Source: Eledone cirrhosa (Eukaryota). Taken from it: DNA of 64,000 bases. The notes beneath the pieces were generated by a model. The model did not search any database. It had not been told where the DNA came from and saw only the letters and a program-made list of their open reading frames with translations. The stretch covers positions 1 to 64,000 of the forward strand of contig CAXHJY010001691.1 of NCBI GenBank assembly GCA_964016885.1. Reading direction: 5' to 3'. The position numbers and the translations under genes are program-made. Of the stretch, positions 52,201 through 63,521 are shown piece after piece; the first letter of the stretch is position 1; each line of letters starts with the position of its first letter.

Positions 52201-55200
52201 CTGATGTAGTATTAACTTATTAACTTGGATATTTACCATGCGGTATTCTAATCCTATTGTATCTCTCTCAGTTATTTACCATGCGACCCTCAGTTCCTAC
52301 CCCGCCCCCTCTCTATGCACTTCTTTAAGGCTTACTACCCTGTCTTTAACCTAATTCATTCAATCTGAAAATATTGAAGAGATAAGACACTTTCCCATTC
52401 TTCTCTGCTAAAATGTATCACTAGAGCTGATTCCAATTTTCCCAGCCAGCCATCCATCTAATCTACGAAGGTATTTTAGCCTACATATTGTCGTTAATAT
52501 TATGATGTTCCCTGCTGTATTAGCGTTAAATTTTCCCTGCTGTATTAGCGATAAATTTTCGAGGGTTTCTCTTAGTAGTTTTTTTCATGACGTTATTATT
52601 GTTAATTTTACTGATGTAGTATTAACTTATTAACTTGGATATTTACCATGCGGAATTCTAATCCTATTGTATCTCTCTCAGTTATTTACCATGCGACCCT
52701 CAGTTCCTACCCTCCCCCCCCTCTCTATGCACTTCTTTAAGGCTTACTACCCTGTCTTTAACCTAATTCATTCAATCTGAAAATATTGAAGAGATAAGAC
52801 ACTTTCCCATTCTTCTCTGCTAAAATGTATCACTAGAGCTGATTCCAATTTTCCCAGCCAGCCAGCCATCTAATCTACGAAGGTATTTTAGCCTACATAT
52901 TGTCGTTAATATTATGATGTTCCCTGCTGTATTAGCGTTAAATTTTCCCTGCTGTATTAGCGATAAATTTTCGAGGGTTTCTCTTAGTAGTTTTTTTCAT
53001 GACGTTATTATTGTTAATTTTACTGATGTAGTATTAACTTATTAACTTGGATATTTACCATGCGGTATTCTAATCCTATTGTATCTCTCTCAGTTATTTA
53101 CCATGCGACCCTCAGTTCCTACCCCGCCCCCTCTCTATGCACTTCTTTAAGGCTTACTACCCTGTCTTTAACCTAATTCATTCAATCTGAAAATATTGAA
53201 GAGATAAGACACTTTCCCATTCTTCTCTGCTAAAATGTATCACTAGAGCTGATTCCAATTTTCCCAGCCAGCCATCCATCTAATCTACGAAGGTATTTTA
53301 GCCTACATATTGTCGTTAATATTATGATGTTCCCTGCTGTATTAGCGTTAAATTTTCCCTGCTGTATTAGCGATAAATTTTCGAGGGTTTCTCTTAGTAG
53401 TTTTTTTCATGACGTTATTATTGTTAATTTTAATGATGTAGTATTAACTTATTAACTTGAATATTTACCATGCGGAATTCTAATCCTATTGTATCTCTCT
53501 CAGTTATTTACCATGCGACCCTCAGTTCCTACCCTCCCCCCTCTCTATGCACTTCTTTAAGGCTTACTACCCTGTCTTTAACCTAATTCATTCAATCTGA
53601 AAATATTGAAGAGATAAGACACTTTCCCATTCTTCTCTGCTAAAATGTATCACTAGAGCTGATTCCAATTTTCCCAGCCAGCCATCCATCTAATCTACGA
53701 AGGTATTTTAGCCTACATATTGTCGTTAATATTATGATGTTCCCTGCTGTATTAGCGTTAAATTTTCCCTGCTGTATTAGCGATAAATTTTCGAGGGTTT
53801 CTCTTAGTAGTTTTTTTCATGACGTTATTATTGTTAATTTTACTGATGTAGTATTAACTTATTAACTTGGATATTTACCATGCGGTATTCTAATCCTATT
53901 GTATCTCTCTCAGTTATTTACCATGCGACCCTCAGTTCCTACCCCGCCCCCTCTCTATGCACTTCTTTAAGGCTTACTACCCTGTCTTTAACCTAATTCA
54001 TTCAATCTGAAAATATTGAAGAGATAAGACACTTTCCCATTCTTCTCTGCTAAAATGTATCACTAGAGCTGATTCCAATTTTCCCAGCCAGCCATCCATC
54101 TAATCTACGAAGGTATTTTAGCCTACATATTGTCGTTAATATTATGATGTTCCCTGCTGTATTAGCGTTAAATTTTCCCTGCTGTATTAGCGATAAATTT
54201 TCGAGGGTTTCTCTTAGTAGTTTTTTTCATGACGTTATTATTGTTAATTTTACTGATGTAGTATTAACTTATTAACTTGGATATTTACCATGCGGAATTC
54301 TAATCCTATTGTATCTCTCTCAGTTATTTACCATGCGACCCTCAGTTCCTACCCTCCCCCCCTCTCTATGCACTTCTTTAAGGCTTACTACCCTGTCTTT
54401 AACCTAATTCATTCAATCTGAAAATATTGAAGAGATAAGACACTTTCCCATTCTTCTCTGCTAAAATGTATCACTAGAGCTGATTCCAATTTTCCCAGCC
54501 AGCCATCCATCTAATCTACGAAGGTATTTTAGCCTACATATTGTCGTTAATATTATGATGTTCCCTGCTGTATTAGCGTTAAATTTTCCCTGCTGTATTA
54601 GCGATAAATTTTCGAGGGTTTCTCTTAGTAGTTTTTTTCATGACGTTATTATTGTTAATTTTACTGATGTAGTATTAACTTATTAACTTGGATATTTACC
54701 ATGCGGTATTCTAATCCTATTGTATCTCTCTCAGTTATTTACCATGCGACCCTCAGTTCCTACCCCGCCCCCTCTCTATGCACTTCTTTAAGGCTTACTA
54801 CCCTGTCTTTAACCTAATTCATTCAATCTGAAAATATTGAAGAGATAAGACACTTTCCCATTCTTCTCTGCTAAACTGTATCACTAGAGCTGATTCCAAT
54901 TTTCCCAGCCAGCCATCCATCTAATCTACGAAGGTATTTTAGCCTACATATTGTCGTTAATATTATGATGTTCCCTGCTGTATTAGCGTTAAATTTTCCC
55001 TGCTGTATTAGCGATAAATTTTCGAGGGTTTCTCTTAGTAGTTTTTTTCATGACGTTATTATTGTTAATTTTACTGATGTAGTATTAACTTATTAACTTG
55101 GATATTTACCATGCGGTATTCTAATCCTATTGTATCTCTCAGTTATTTACCATGCGACCCTCAGTTCCTACCCCCCCCCTCTCTATGCACTTCTTTAAGG

Positions 55201-58200
55201 CTTACTACCCTGTCTTTAACCTAATTCATTCAATCTGAAAATATTGAAGAGATAAGACACTTTCCCATTCTTCTCTGCTAAAATGTATCACTAGAGCTGA
55301 TTCCAATTTTCCCAGCCAGCCATCCATCTAATCTACGAAGGTATTTTAGCCTACATATTGTCGTTAATATTATGATGTTCCCTGCTGTATTAGCGTTAAA
55401 TTTTCCCTGCTGTATTAGCGATAAATTTTCGAGGGTTTCTCTTAGTAGTTTTTTTCATGACGTTATTATTGTTAATTTTACTGATGTAGTATTAACTTAT
55501 TAACTTGGATATTTACCATGCGGAATTCTAATCCTATTGTATCTCTCTCAGTTATTTACCATGCGACCCTCAGTTCCTACCCTCCCCCCCTCTCTATGCA
55601 CTTCTTTAAGGCTTACTACCCTGTCTTTAACCTAATTCATTCAATCTGAAAATATTGAAGAGATAAGACACTTTCCCATTCTTCTCTGCTAAAATGTATC
55701 ACTAGAGCTGATTCCAATTTTCCCAGCCAGCCAGCCATCTAATCTACGAAGGTATTTTAGCCTACATATTGTCGTTAATATTATGATGTTCCCTGCTGTA
55801 TTAGCGTTAAATTTTCCCTGCTGTATTAGCGATAAATTTTCGAGGGTTTCTCTTAGTAGTTTTTTTCATGACGTTATTATTGTTAATTTTACTGATGTAG
55901 TATTAACTTATTAACTTGGATATTTACCATGCGGTATTCTAATCCTATTGTATCTCTCTCAGTTATTTACCATGCGACCCTCAGTTCCTACCCCGCCCCC
56001 TCTCTATGCACTTTTTTAAGGCTTACTACCCTGTCTTTAACCTAATTCATTCAATCTGAAAATATTGAAGAGATAAGACACTTTCCCATTCTTCTCTGCT
56101 AAAATGTATCACTAGAGCTGATTCCAATTTTCCCAGCCAGCCATCCATCTAATCTACGAAGGTATTTTAGCCTACATATTGTCGTTAATATTATGATGTT
56201 CCCTGCTGTATTAGCGTTAAATTTTCCCTGCTGTATTAGCGATAAATTTTCGAGGGTTTCTCTTAGTAGTTTTTTTCATGACGTTATTATTGTTAATTTT
56301 ACTGATGTAGTATTAACTTATTAACTTGGATATTTACCATGCGGAATTCTAATCCTATTGTATCTCTCTCAGTTATTTACCATGCGACCCTCAGTTCCTA
56401 CCCTCCCCCCTCTCTATGCACTTCTTTAAGGCTTACTACCCTGTCTTTAACCTAATTCATTCAATCTGAAAATATTGAAGAGATAAGACACTTTCCCATT
56501 CTTCTCTGCTAAAATGTATCACTAGAGCTGATTCCAATTTTCCCAGCCAGCCATCCATCTAATCTACGAAGGTATTTTAGCCTACATATTGTCGTTAATA
56601 TTATGATGTTCCCTGCTGTATTAGCGTTAAATTTTCCCTGCTGTATTAGCGATAAATTTTCGAGGGTTTCTCTTAGTAGTTTTTTTCATGACGTTATTAT
56701 TGTTAATTTTACTGATGTAGTATTAACTTATTAACTTGGATATTTACCATGCGGTATTCTAATCCTATTGTATCTCTCTCAGTTATTTACCATGCGACCC
56801 TCAGTTCCTACCCCGCCCCCTCTCTATGCACTTCTTTAAGGCTTACTACCCTGTCTTTAACCTAATTCATTCAATCTGAAAATATTGAAGAGATAAGACA
56901 CTTTCCCATTCTTCTCTGCTAAAATGTATCACTAGAGCTGATTCCAATTTTCCCAGCCAGCCAATCTACGAAGGTATTTTAGCCTACATATTGTCGTTAA
57001 TATTATGATGTTCCCTGCTGTATTAGCGTTAAATTTTCCCTGCTGTATTAGCGATAAATTTTCGAGGGTTTCTCTTAGTAGTTTTTTTCATGACGTTATT
57101 ATTGTTAATTTTACTGATGTAGTATTAACTTATTAACTTGGATATTTACCATGCGGTATTCTAATCCTATTGTATCTCTCTCAATTATTTACCATGCGAC
57201 CCTCAGTTCCTACCCCCCCCCCTCTCTATGCACTTCTTTAAGGCTTACTACCCTGTCTTTAACCTAATTCATTCAATCTGAAAATATTGAAGAGATAAGA
57301 CACTTTCCCATTCTTCTCTGCTAAAATGTATCACTAGAGCTGATTCCAATTTTCCCAGCCAGCCATCCATCTAATCTACGAAGGTATTTTAGCCTACATA
57401 TTGTCGTTAATATTATGATGTTCCCTGCTGTATTAGCGTTAAATTTTCCCTGCTGTATTAGCGATAAATTTTCGAGGGTTTCTCTTAGTAGTTTTTTTCA
57501 TGACGTTATTATTGTTAATTTTACTGATGTAGTATTAACTTATTAACTTGGATATTTACCATGCGGAATTCTAATCCTATTGTATCTCTCTCAGTTATTT
57601 ACCATGCGACCCTCAGTTCCTACCCTCCCCCCCTCTCTATGCACTTCTTTAAGGCTTACTACCCTGTCTTTAACCTAATTCATTCAATCTGAAAATATTG
57701 AAGAGATAAGACTCTCCCATTCTTCTCTGCTAAAATGTATCACTAGAGCTGATTCCAATTTTCCCAGCCAGCCAGCCATCTAATCTACGAAGGTATTTTA
57801 GCCTACATATTGTCGTTAATATTATGATGTTCCCTGCTGTATTAGCGTTAAATTTTCCCTGCTGTATTAGCGATAAATTTTCGAGGGTTTCTCTTAGTAG
57901 TTTTTTTCATGACGTTATTATTGTTAATTTTACTGATGTAGTATTAACTTATTAACTTGGATATTTACCATGCGGTATTCTAATCCTATTGTATCTCTCT
58001 CAGTTATTTACCATGCGACCCTCAGTTCCTACCCCCCCCCCTCTCTATGCACTTCTTTAAGGCTTACTACCCTGTCTTTAACCTAATTCATTCAATCTGA
58101 AAATATTGAAGAGATAAGACACTTTCCCATTCTTCTCTGCTAAAATGTATCACTAGAGCTGATTCCAATTTTCCCAGCCAGCCATCCATCTAATCTACGA

Positions 58201-59214
58201 AGGTATTTTAGCCTACATATTGTCGTTAATATTATGATGTTCCCTGCTGTATTAGCGTTAAATTTTCCCTGCTGTATTAGCGATAAATTTTCGAGGGTTT
58301 CTCTTAGTAGTTTTTTTTCATGACGTTATTATTGTTAATTTTACTGATGTAGTATTAACTTATTAACTTGGATATTTACCATGCGGTATTCTAATCCTAT
58401 TGTATCTCTCTCAGTTATTTACCATGCGACCCTCAGTTCCTACCCCCCCCCTCTCTATGCACTTCTTTAAGGCTTACTACCCTGTCTTTAACCTAATTCA
58501 TTCAATCTGAAAATATTGAAGAGATAAGACACTTTCCCATTCTTCTCTGCTAAAATGTATCACTAGAGCTGATTCCAATTTTCCCAGCCAGCCAGCCATC
58601 CATCTAATCTACGAAGGTATTTTAGCCTACATATTGTCGTTAATATTATGATGTTCCCTGCTGTATTAGCGTTAAATTTTCCCTGCTGTATTAGCGATAA
58701 ATTTTCGAGGGTTTCTCTTAGTAGTTTTTTTCATGACGTTATTATTGTTAATTTTACTGATGTAGTATTAACTTATTAACTTGGATATTTACCATGCGGT
58801 ATTCTAATCCTATTGTATCTCTCTCAGTTATTTACCATGCGACCCTCAGTTCCTACCCCCCCCTCTCTATGCACTTCTTTAAGGCTTACTACCCTGTCTT
58901 TAACCTAATTCATTCAATCTGAAAATATTGAAGAGATAAGACACTTTCCCATTCTTCTCTGCTAAAATGTATCACTAGAGCTGATTCCAATTTTCCCAGC
59001 CAGCCATCCATCTAATCTACGAAGGTATTTTAGCCTACATATTGTCGTTAATATTATGATGTTCCCTGCTGTATTAGCGTTAAATTTTCCCTGCTGTATT
59101 AGCGATAAATTTTCGAGGGTTTCTCTTAGTAGTTTTTTTCATGACGTTATTATTGTTAATTTTACTGATGTAGTATTAACTTGGATATCTACCATGCGAC
59201 CCTCAGTTCCTACC
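16214..59214 (+). repeat. Tandem array of a ~411-bp monomer: 104 full units plus one modified terminal unit
   Basis: Units start TTTCCCATTCTTCTCTGC at 16215, 16627, 17030, 17440 … 58533, 58945. Copies differ mainly in poly-C length and a few SNPs. Confidence 0.99.
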
Positions 59215-59457
59215 TCACAATTTCCCTCCCCCCCACCCACACACACCACCATAGTCTATTCGACCAATCAAACCTAGCATGCCATTTCCACTGCTGCTGC
59301 TGCTACTACCTGCCTAACTAACTCTCTCCTCCTCTGGCGCATCCCAACACACCCTGCCATTACCCCACCACCACTGTCCTTCTAGCCCTCAATTTTCCCA
59401 CCGTTATGGATGGATGAGCTGGGAATACACGAGCAACTCTGAATCAATAGATGAAAT

Positions 59458-62400
59458 ATGAATCTGCGAGCTACCAAGCACCCACGTGAAGCGCCAACCC
59501 AGAGACCCTCCCCTACGAGTGTCGACAAATGCCCAAAACTCCGAGTTGGTACCATCAATGTAGGCTCAATGAAAGGAAGAGCAGGAGAAATCGTAGAAAT
59601 GCTAGAGCGAAAGGAAGTTGATGTATGCTGTGTGCAAGAGACTAGATGGAGAGGAGGGTCTGCTAGAGTCCTTGTAGGAAAAAGCCAGTGCTACAAATTT
59701 TTCTGTGTGGGAAATGACGATGGGATGGATGGTGTAGGTATACTACTAGCTGACAAGTGGGTAGATAAAGTAATCTCAGTGTACAGGGTAAATGCAAGAA
59801 TCATTAAACTCAGACTAGTCCTGAATAAGACAATTACCACAATAATATCAGCTTACGCACCCCAATCGGGGCTGCCAGACGAACTTAAGGATAGGTTTTA
59901 CGAGTCCCTAATACACACTACTGCTCTAACAGACGACAAGGACTTCCTAATCATTGCAGGAGATTTTAACGGACACGTAGGTAAACACTGCGACGGCTTC
60001 AATAGAGCACATGGAGGCCATGGAGTTGGCACAAGGAATGAGGAAGGATTCAGACTTCTAGAATTCTGCGACGCCAATGACATGTCGATATGTAACACAA
60101 ACTTTAAAAAACCCGACAACCACCTGATCACCTATAGATCAGGGGAGCACTCTAGTCAGTTAGATTTTATCCTCATCAGAGGACGTGACAGATGGACGGT
60201 CGTAAACACAAAAGCCTTCCCTAGTGAGGAATGTACATCCCAACATAGCTTAGTTGTCAGCGACCTCACGGTCAGAACTAGACGAGCCCTGAAACAGAGG
60301 CCAACCTGGAGAAGAAAGATCTGGAAGCTGAAAGTCCCCTCAACCAGTAACAGATTTAAAGATATTTTACTCAACACCTACGACAGTAAAGAAGAACAGA
60401 TAGAGACATTTAACGTAGAAGAGAACTGGGAGTTCCTAAAAAATAACTTACTAGAGGCGACGGATGAGGTTTGTGGCTGGAGTAAGACCTCAAGCAGGAG
60501 GAGAGTGACTTGGTGGTGGAACAATAAGGTAGATGAAGCAGTCAAGGCCAAGAGACAGGCATGGAAAGAATGGAAGAACGGGGGGAGCAGGGTACATTAC
60601 ATAGAGACCAAGAGGGAAGCTAGGCGACAAGTATACTTAGCTAGGAGGGAAGCAGAGGATAGAAAATTCAAGCATGTTTTACAACGTGAGGACCAGAAAC
60701 AGGAGGTATTCAAGATTGCGAGGCAGTGTGTCAGAGATAGTTGTGATGTCATTGGAGAGAAGTGTATCCGGAATGATAAAGGTGAGCTTGCCCTCACAAG
60801 TGCTGAGAAGAAAGATGCATGGAAGAGTCATTATGATAGATTACTAAATGAGGAGAATGCATGGGAAGAAGAGACCCTACCCCACGTAGACCCTATAGAG
60901 GGACCAGCAGTACAAGTCAGCGGCAGCGTAGTAAGTAAGGCAATCAGAGATATGAAGATAGGGAAGGCAACCGGTCCATCGGGTATAGCTGCCGAGATGC
61001 TGAAGGCATCTGGGTCTGTAGGTCACACTATAACCACACGTATCGTTAACCAGGTAATACTAGAGGGGGCCATACCAAAAGATTGGTGCAGTAGCATCAT
61101 TGTCAACTGCTACAAAGGTAAAGGCGATGCACTAGATAGAGGAAACTATAGAGGTATAAAGTTGATGGACCAGGTCATGAAAGTAACAGAAAGAGTTATA
61201 GCACAGCTGATTAGGGACCGGGTGAATATAGACGAGATGCAATTTGGGTTTGTACCAGGGAAAGGCACCACTGATGCGCTCTTCCTTGTGAGGCAATTAC
61301 AGGAAAAGTACCTAGCTAAAAGTAAGCCACTCTACTTGGCATTTGTCGACCTTGAGAAAGCCTTTGACAGAGTTCCACGTGCAGTAATCTGGTGGGCTCT
61401 TAGAAAACTAGGAGTAGATGAATGGCTTGTGAAAGCGGTACAAGCCATGTATAGGGGAGCAGTCAGCAAAGTTAGGATTGGCAATGAGTATAGCGAGGAA
61501 TTTAGCGTACAGGTTGGGGTCCACCAGGGCTCTGTTCTTAGCCCTCTCCTGTTCATCATAGTCCTGCAGGCAATAACGGAGGAGTTTAAGACCGGATGCC
61601 CATGGGAACTCCTGTATGCTGATGACCTCGCACTCATAGCTGAATCTATGGTAGAACTAGAGAATAAATTCCAAACCTGGAAGCAGGGACTAGAGAGAAA
61701 GGGCCTCAAAGTCAACATGACAAAGACTAAGGTCCTTATAAGTAGACGAGAAAACAGAACCCAGATCCCCTCAGGGAAATGGCCTTGCTCAGTATGTAGG
61801 AAAGGTGTAGGTAGGAACTCCATTCTTTGCCCCAAATGCAAACAATGGGTACACAAGAGATGTAGCGGGATCTCAGGAAGCTTAATTAAGAATGTAGGAT
61901 TCACATGCAGCAGCTGTGCTGAAACAGCAAGCAAACAGCCACAGGAAACAAGTACCACCAATCTCTGGGAGGGCCCTGTAGAAACAGTAGACAGCTTCTG
62001 CTACCTAGGTGACCGAATTAGCAACGGAGGTGGGTGCTCAGAAAGTACAATAACTAGGGTAAGAACGGGATGGAAGAAGTTTAGGGAACTACTACCACTG
62101 CTAGCTGCAAAAGGCTTCTCCCTCAGAATGAAAGGCAGACTGTATGATGCGTGTATCCGAACAGCGATGTTGCATGGTAGTGAGACCTGGGCGCTGAAGG
62201 TGGAAGACTTACGTAGATTAGAGAGAAACGAAGCCTGCATGCTCCGATGGATGTGTAACAGTAATATACGTGAACGACAAAGCATAAATGAATTGAGAGA
62301 GAGACTGAGCATAAGAGGAATCAAATGTTGCGTGCAGGAGAGGCGGTTACGCTGGTATGGACATGTGATGCGTATGAAGGATGACAGCTGCATAAAAAGG

Positions 62401-62577
62401 TGCAGAGCACTAGAAGTTGATGGAAACCGCGGAGTGGGGAGACCCAAGATGACTTGGGATGAGGTGATAAAAGCCGACCTTACCCAACTACACCTCTCAA
62501 AGTCAATGACACACGACCGTGACCTCTGGCGTCACGCAGTAATACAGGGTACCCGACCTCCCATGGGTACATGCTGA
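59458..62577 (+). CDS. RTE-clade non-LTR retrotransposon protein (APE endonuclease + reverse transcriptase + PHD-type finger), 1039 aa, uninterrupted
   Basis: APE motifs VGTINV, VQETRW, SAYAPQ, AGDFNGHVG, QLDFILI, SQH. RT motifs NYRGIKL, QFGF, FVDLEKAFD, GVHQGSVLSP, YADD (61615-61626). RTE-type C-terminus RRLRWYGHV…GRPKMTW…DRDLWR. Confidence 0.97.
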   Translation: MNLRATKHPREAPTQRPSPTSVDKCPKLRVGTINVGSMKGRAGEIVEMLERKEVDVCCVQETRWRGGSARVLVGKSQCYKFFCVGNDDGMDGVGILLADKWVDKVISVYRVNARIIKLRLVLNKTITTIISAYAPQSGLPDELKDRFYESLIHTTALTDDKDFLIIAGDFNGHVGKHCDGFNRAHGGHGVGTRNEEGFRLLEFCDANDMSICNTNFKKPDNHLITYRSGEHSSQLDFILIRGRDRWTVVNTKAFPSEECTSQHSLVVSDLTVRTRRALKQRPTWRRKIWKLKVPSTSNRFKDILLNTYDSKEEQIETFNVEENWEFLKNNLLEATDEVCGWSKTSSRRRVTWWWNNKVDEAVKAKRQAWKEWKNGGSRVHYIETKREARRQVYLARREAEDRKFKHVLQREDQKQEVFKIARQCVRDSCDVIGEKCIRNDKGELALTSAEKKDAWKSHYDRLLNEENAWEEETLPHVDPIEGPAVQVSGSVVSKAIRDMKIGKATGPSGIAAEMLKASGSVGHTITTRIVNQVILEGAIPKDWCSSIIVNCYKGKGDALDRGNYRGIKLMDQVMKVTERVIAQLIRDRVNIDEMQFGFVPGKGTTDALFLVRQLQEKYLAKSKPLYLAFVDLEKAFDRVPRAVIWWALRKLGVDEWLVKAVQAMYRGAVSKVRIGNEYSEEFSVQVGVHQGSVLSPLLFIIVLQAITEEFKTGCPWELLYADDLALIAESMVELENKFQTWKQGLERKGLKVNMTKTKVLISRRENRTQIPSGKWPCSVCRKGVGRNSILCPKCKQWVHKRCSGISGSLIKNVGFTCSSCAETASKQPQETSTTNLWEGPVETVDSFCYLGDRISNGGGCSESTITRVRTGWKKFRELLPLLAAKGFSLRMKGRLYDACIRTAMLHGSETWALKVEDLRRLERNEACMLRWMCNSNIRERQSINELRERLSIRGIKCCVQERRLRWYGHVMRMKDDSCIKRCRALEVDGNRGVGRPKMTWDEVIKADLTQLHLSKSMTHDRDLWRHAVIQGTRPPMGTC

Positions 62578-62885
62578 AGCATATAAACAATATGCCCCCC
62601 CCCCACCCACCGCAAGGTGGTCGTGGAGGTGCCACGGCAAAAAAGCACCCAGCCCACACTGTAAAGTGGACGTGTAGGCGCCACGAAAAAGCACCCAGCA
62701 CTCACTGTAAATGAGGTTGGTGTTAGGAAGGGCATCCAGCTGTAGAAATCAAGCCAGATCAGTTCCTGTATGAGCAAGGCATGGTCAGCCGACCAGACAC
62801 TGCCCACAACAGGACAACCCGTCTAACCCATGCTAGCGTGGAAGAACGGACGTAAAACGGTGATGATGATGATGATGATGATGAT
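62578..62885 (+). other. LINE 3' UTR with ~45-bp internal repeat, terminal stem-loop and (TGA)n tail
   Basis: GCCACG(GC)AAAAAGCACCCAGC.C.CACTGTAAA occurs twice. Hairpin at 62819-62853. (TGA)n at 62861-62885. Confidence 0.9.
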
Positions 62886-62955
62886 CATAAAGGGACGTAA
62901 CTCTATGCTTCAAAGCATGGTGTCCGACTCTCTACCGATACTGCCAATCCACCAT
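62883..62955 (-). mobile_element. SINE family B, A-box/head half (completes 16094-16214)
   Basis: GATCATAAAGGGACGTAACT…AAAGCATGGTGTCCGACTCTCTACCGATACTGCCAATCCACCA matches 14483-14552. Confidence 0.93.
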
Positions 62956-62960
62956 ATATA

Positions 62961-63228
62961 ATCATCATCATCATCGTCATTTTATGTCCGCTTTTCCCTG
63001 CTTGCAAGGGTCGGACCGGAACTGATTCTGGCTTGATTTCTACAGCTGGATGCCCTTCCTAACACCAACCTCATTTACAGTGAGTGCTGGGTGCTTTTTT
63101 TGCTGTGGCACCTCCACGACCACTTTACAGTGGAATGATAGGGACCCCATTTCTACAGCTGAGTAAACTGGGGCAATGTGAAATAAAGTGTCTTGCTCAA
63201 GGAAACAACACATCTGAGAATTGAACTC
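62961..63228 (-). mobile_element. SINE family A, lacking head upstream of B box
   Basis: Collinear with 1708-1997 and ends at TGAGAATTGAACTC. Confidence 0.9.
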
Positions 63229-63337
63229 TGTAAGGATGAAAGGCAAAGTTAACCACAGCGGGATTTGAACGCAGACTGTAAAGGGCCGTAACTCTATGCT
63301 GCATAGCATGGCGTCTGACCCTCTACCGATACTGCCA
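63227..63337 (-). mobile_element. SINE family B head fragment
   Basis: TGTAAGGATGAAAGGCAAAGTTAACC…GATTTGAAC…CTCTACCGATACTGCCA. Confidence 0.88.
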
Positions 63338-63521
63338 GAGTAGGAAAAAGGTGCCAAAATATTATGATTATGTTTATTGATATGTGATGTGTGCTTCATC
63401 ATCGATCAGCTCAGGGCATGATTCAATAGTTCATCAGACTCGTGGTCTCCTTAATGATGGAAGATATTTACATACAGCTTTAAATTTCCATTTCTCATTC
63501 AGTTGAGGCATTATATTAAAT

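Larger units (their letters stand above)
16214..62885 (+). mobile_element. Composite RTE LINE insertion: amplified 5' monomer array + unique leader + ORF + 3' UTR + (TGA)n tail
   Basis: Bounded by the two halves of one SINE. The last monomer is continuous with the leader 59215-59457. Confidence 0.85.

Noticed and set aside
16214-59214. CRISPR-like array
   Set aside because: There are no unique spacers, whole units are near-identical, the context is eukaryotic and no cas genes are present.
16214-59214. Tandem RNA gene cluster (5S, tRNA, snRNA) or hammerhead/HDV ribozyme repeat
   Set aside because: I recognised no Pol III boxes, known RNA sequence or CTGATGA…GAAA core on either strand. An Infernal/Rfam scan would be needed to exclude this fully.
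16214-59214. Whole array as an assembly artefact
   Set aside because: Ordered, position-specific variants, HORs and clean junctions completing one SINE argue that it is real. The exact copy number remains uncertain.
59898-62807. Antisense ORFs over the LINE (also 10451-11499)
   Set aside because: They are shadow frames of the LINE coding strand with no motifs.
63340-63520. Next FOCAD exon
   Set aside because: I found no convincing splice-site pair or peptide similarity.
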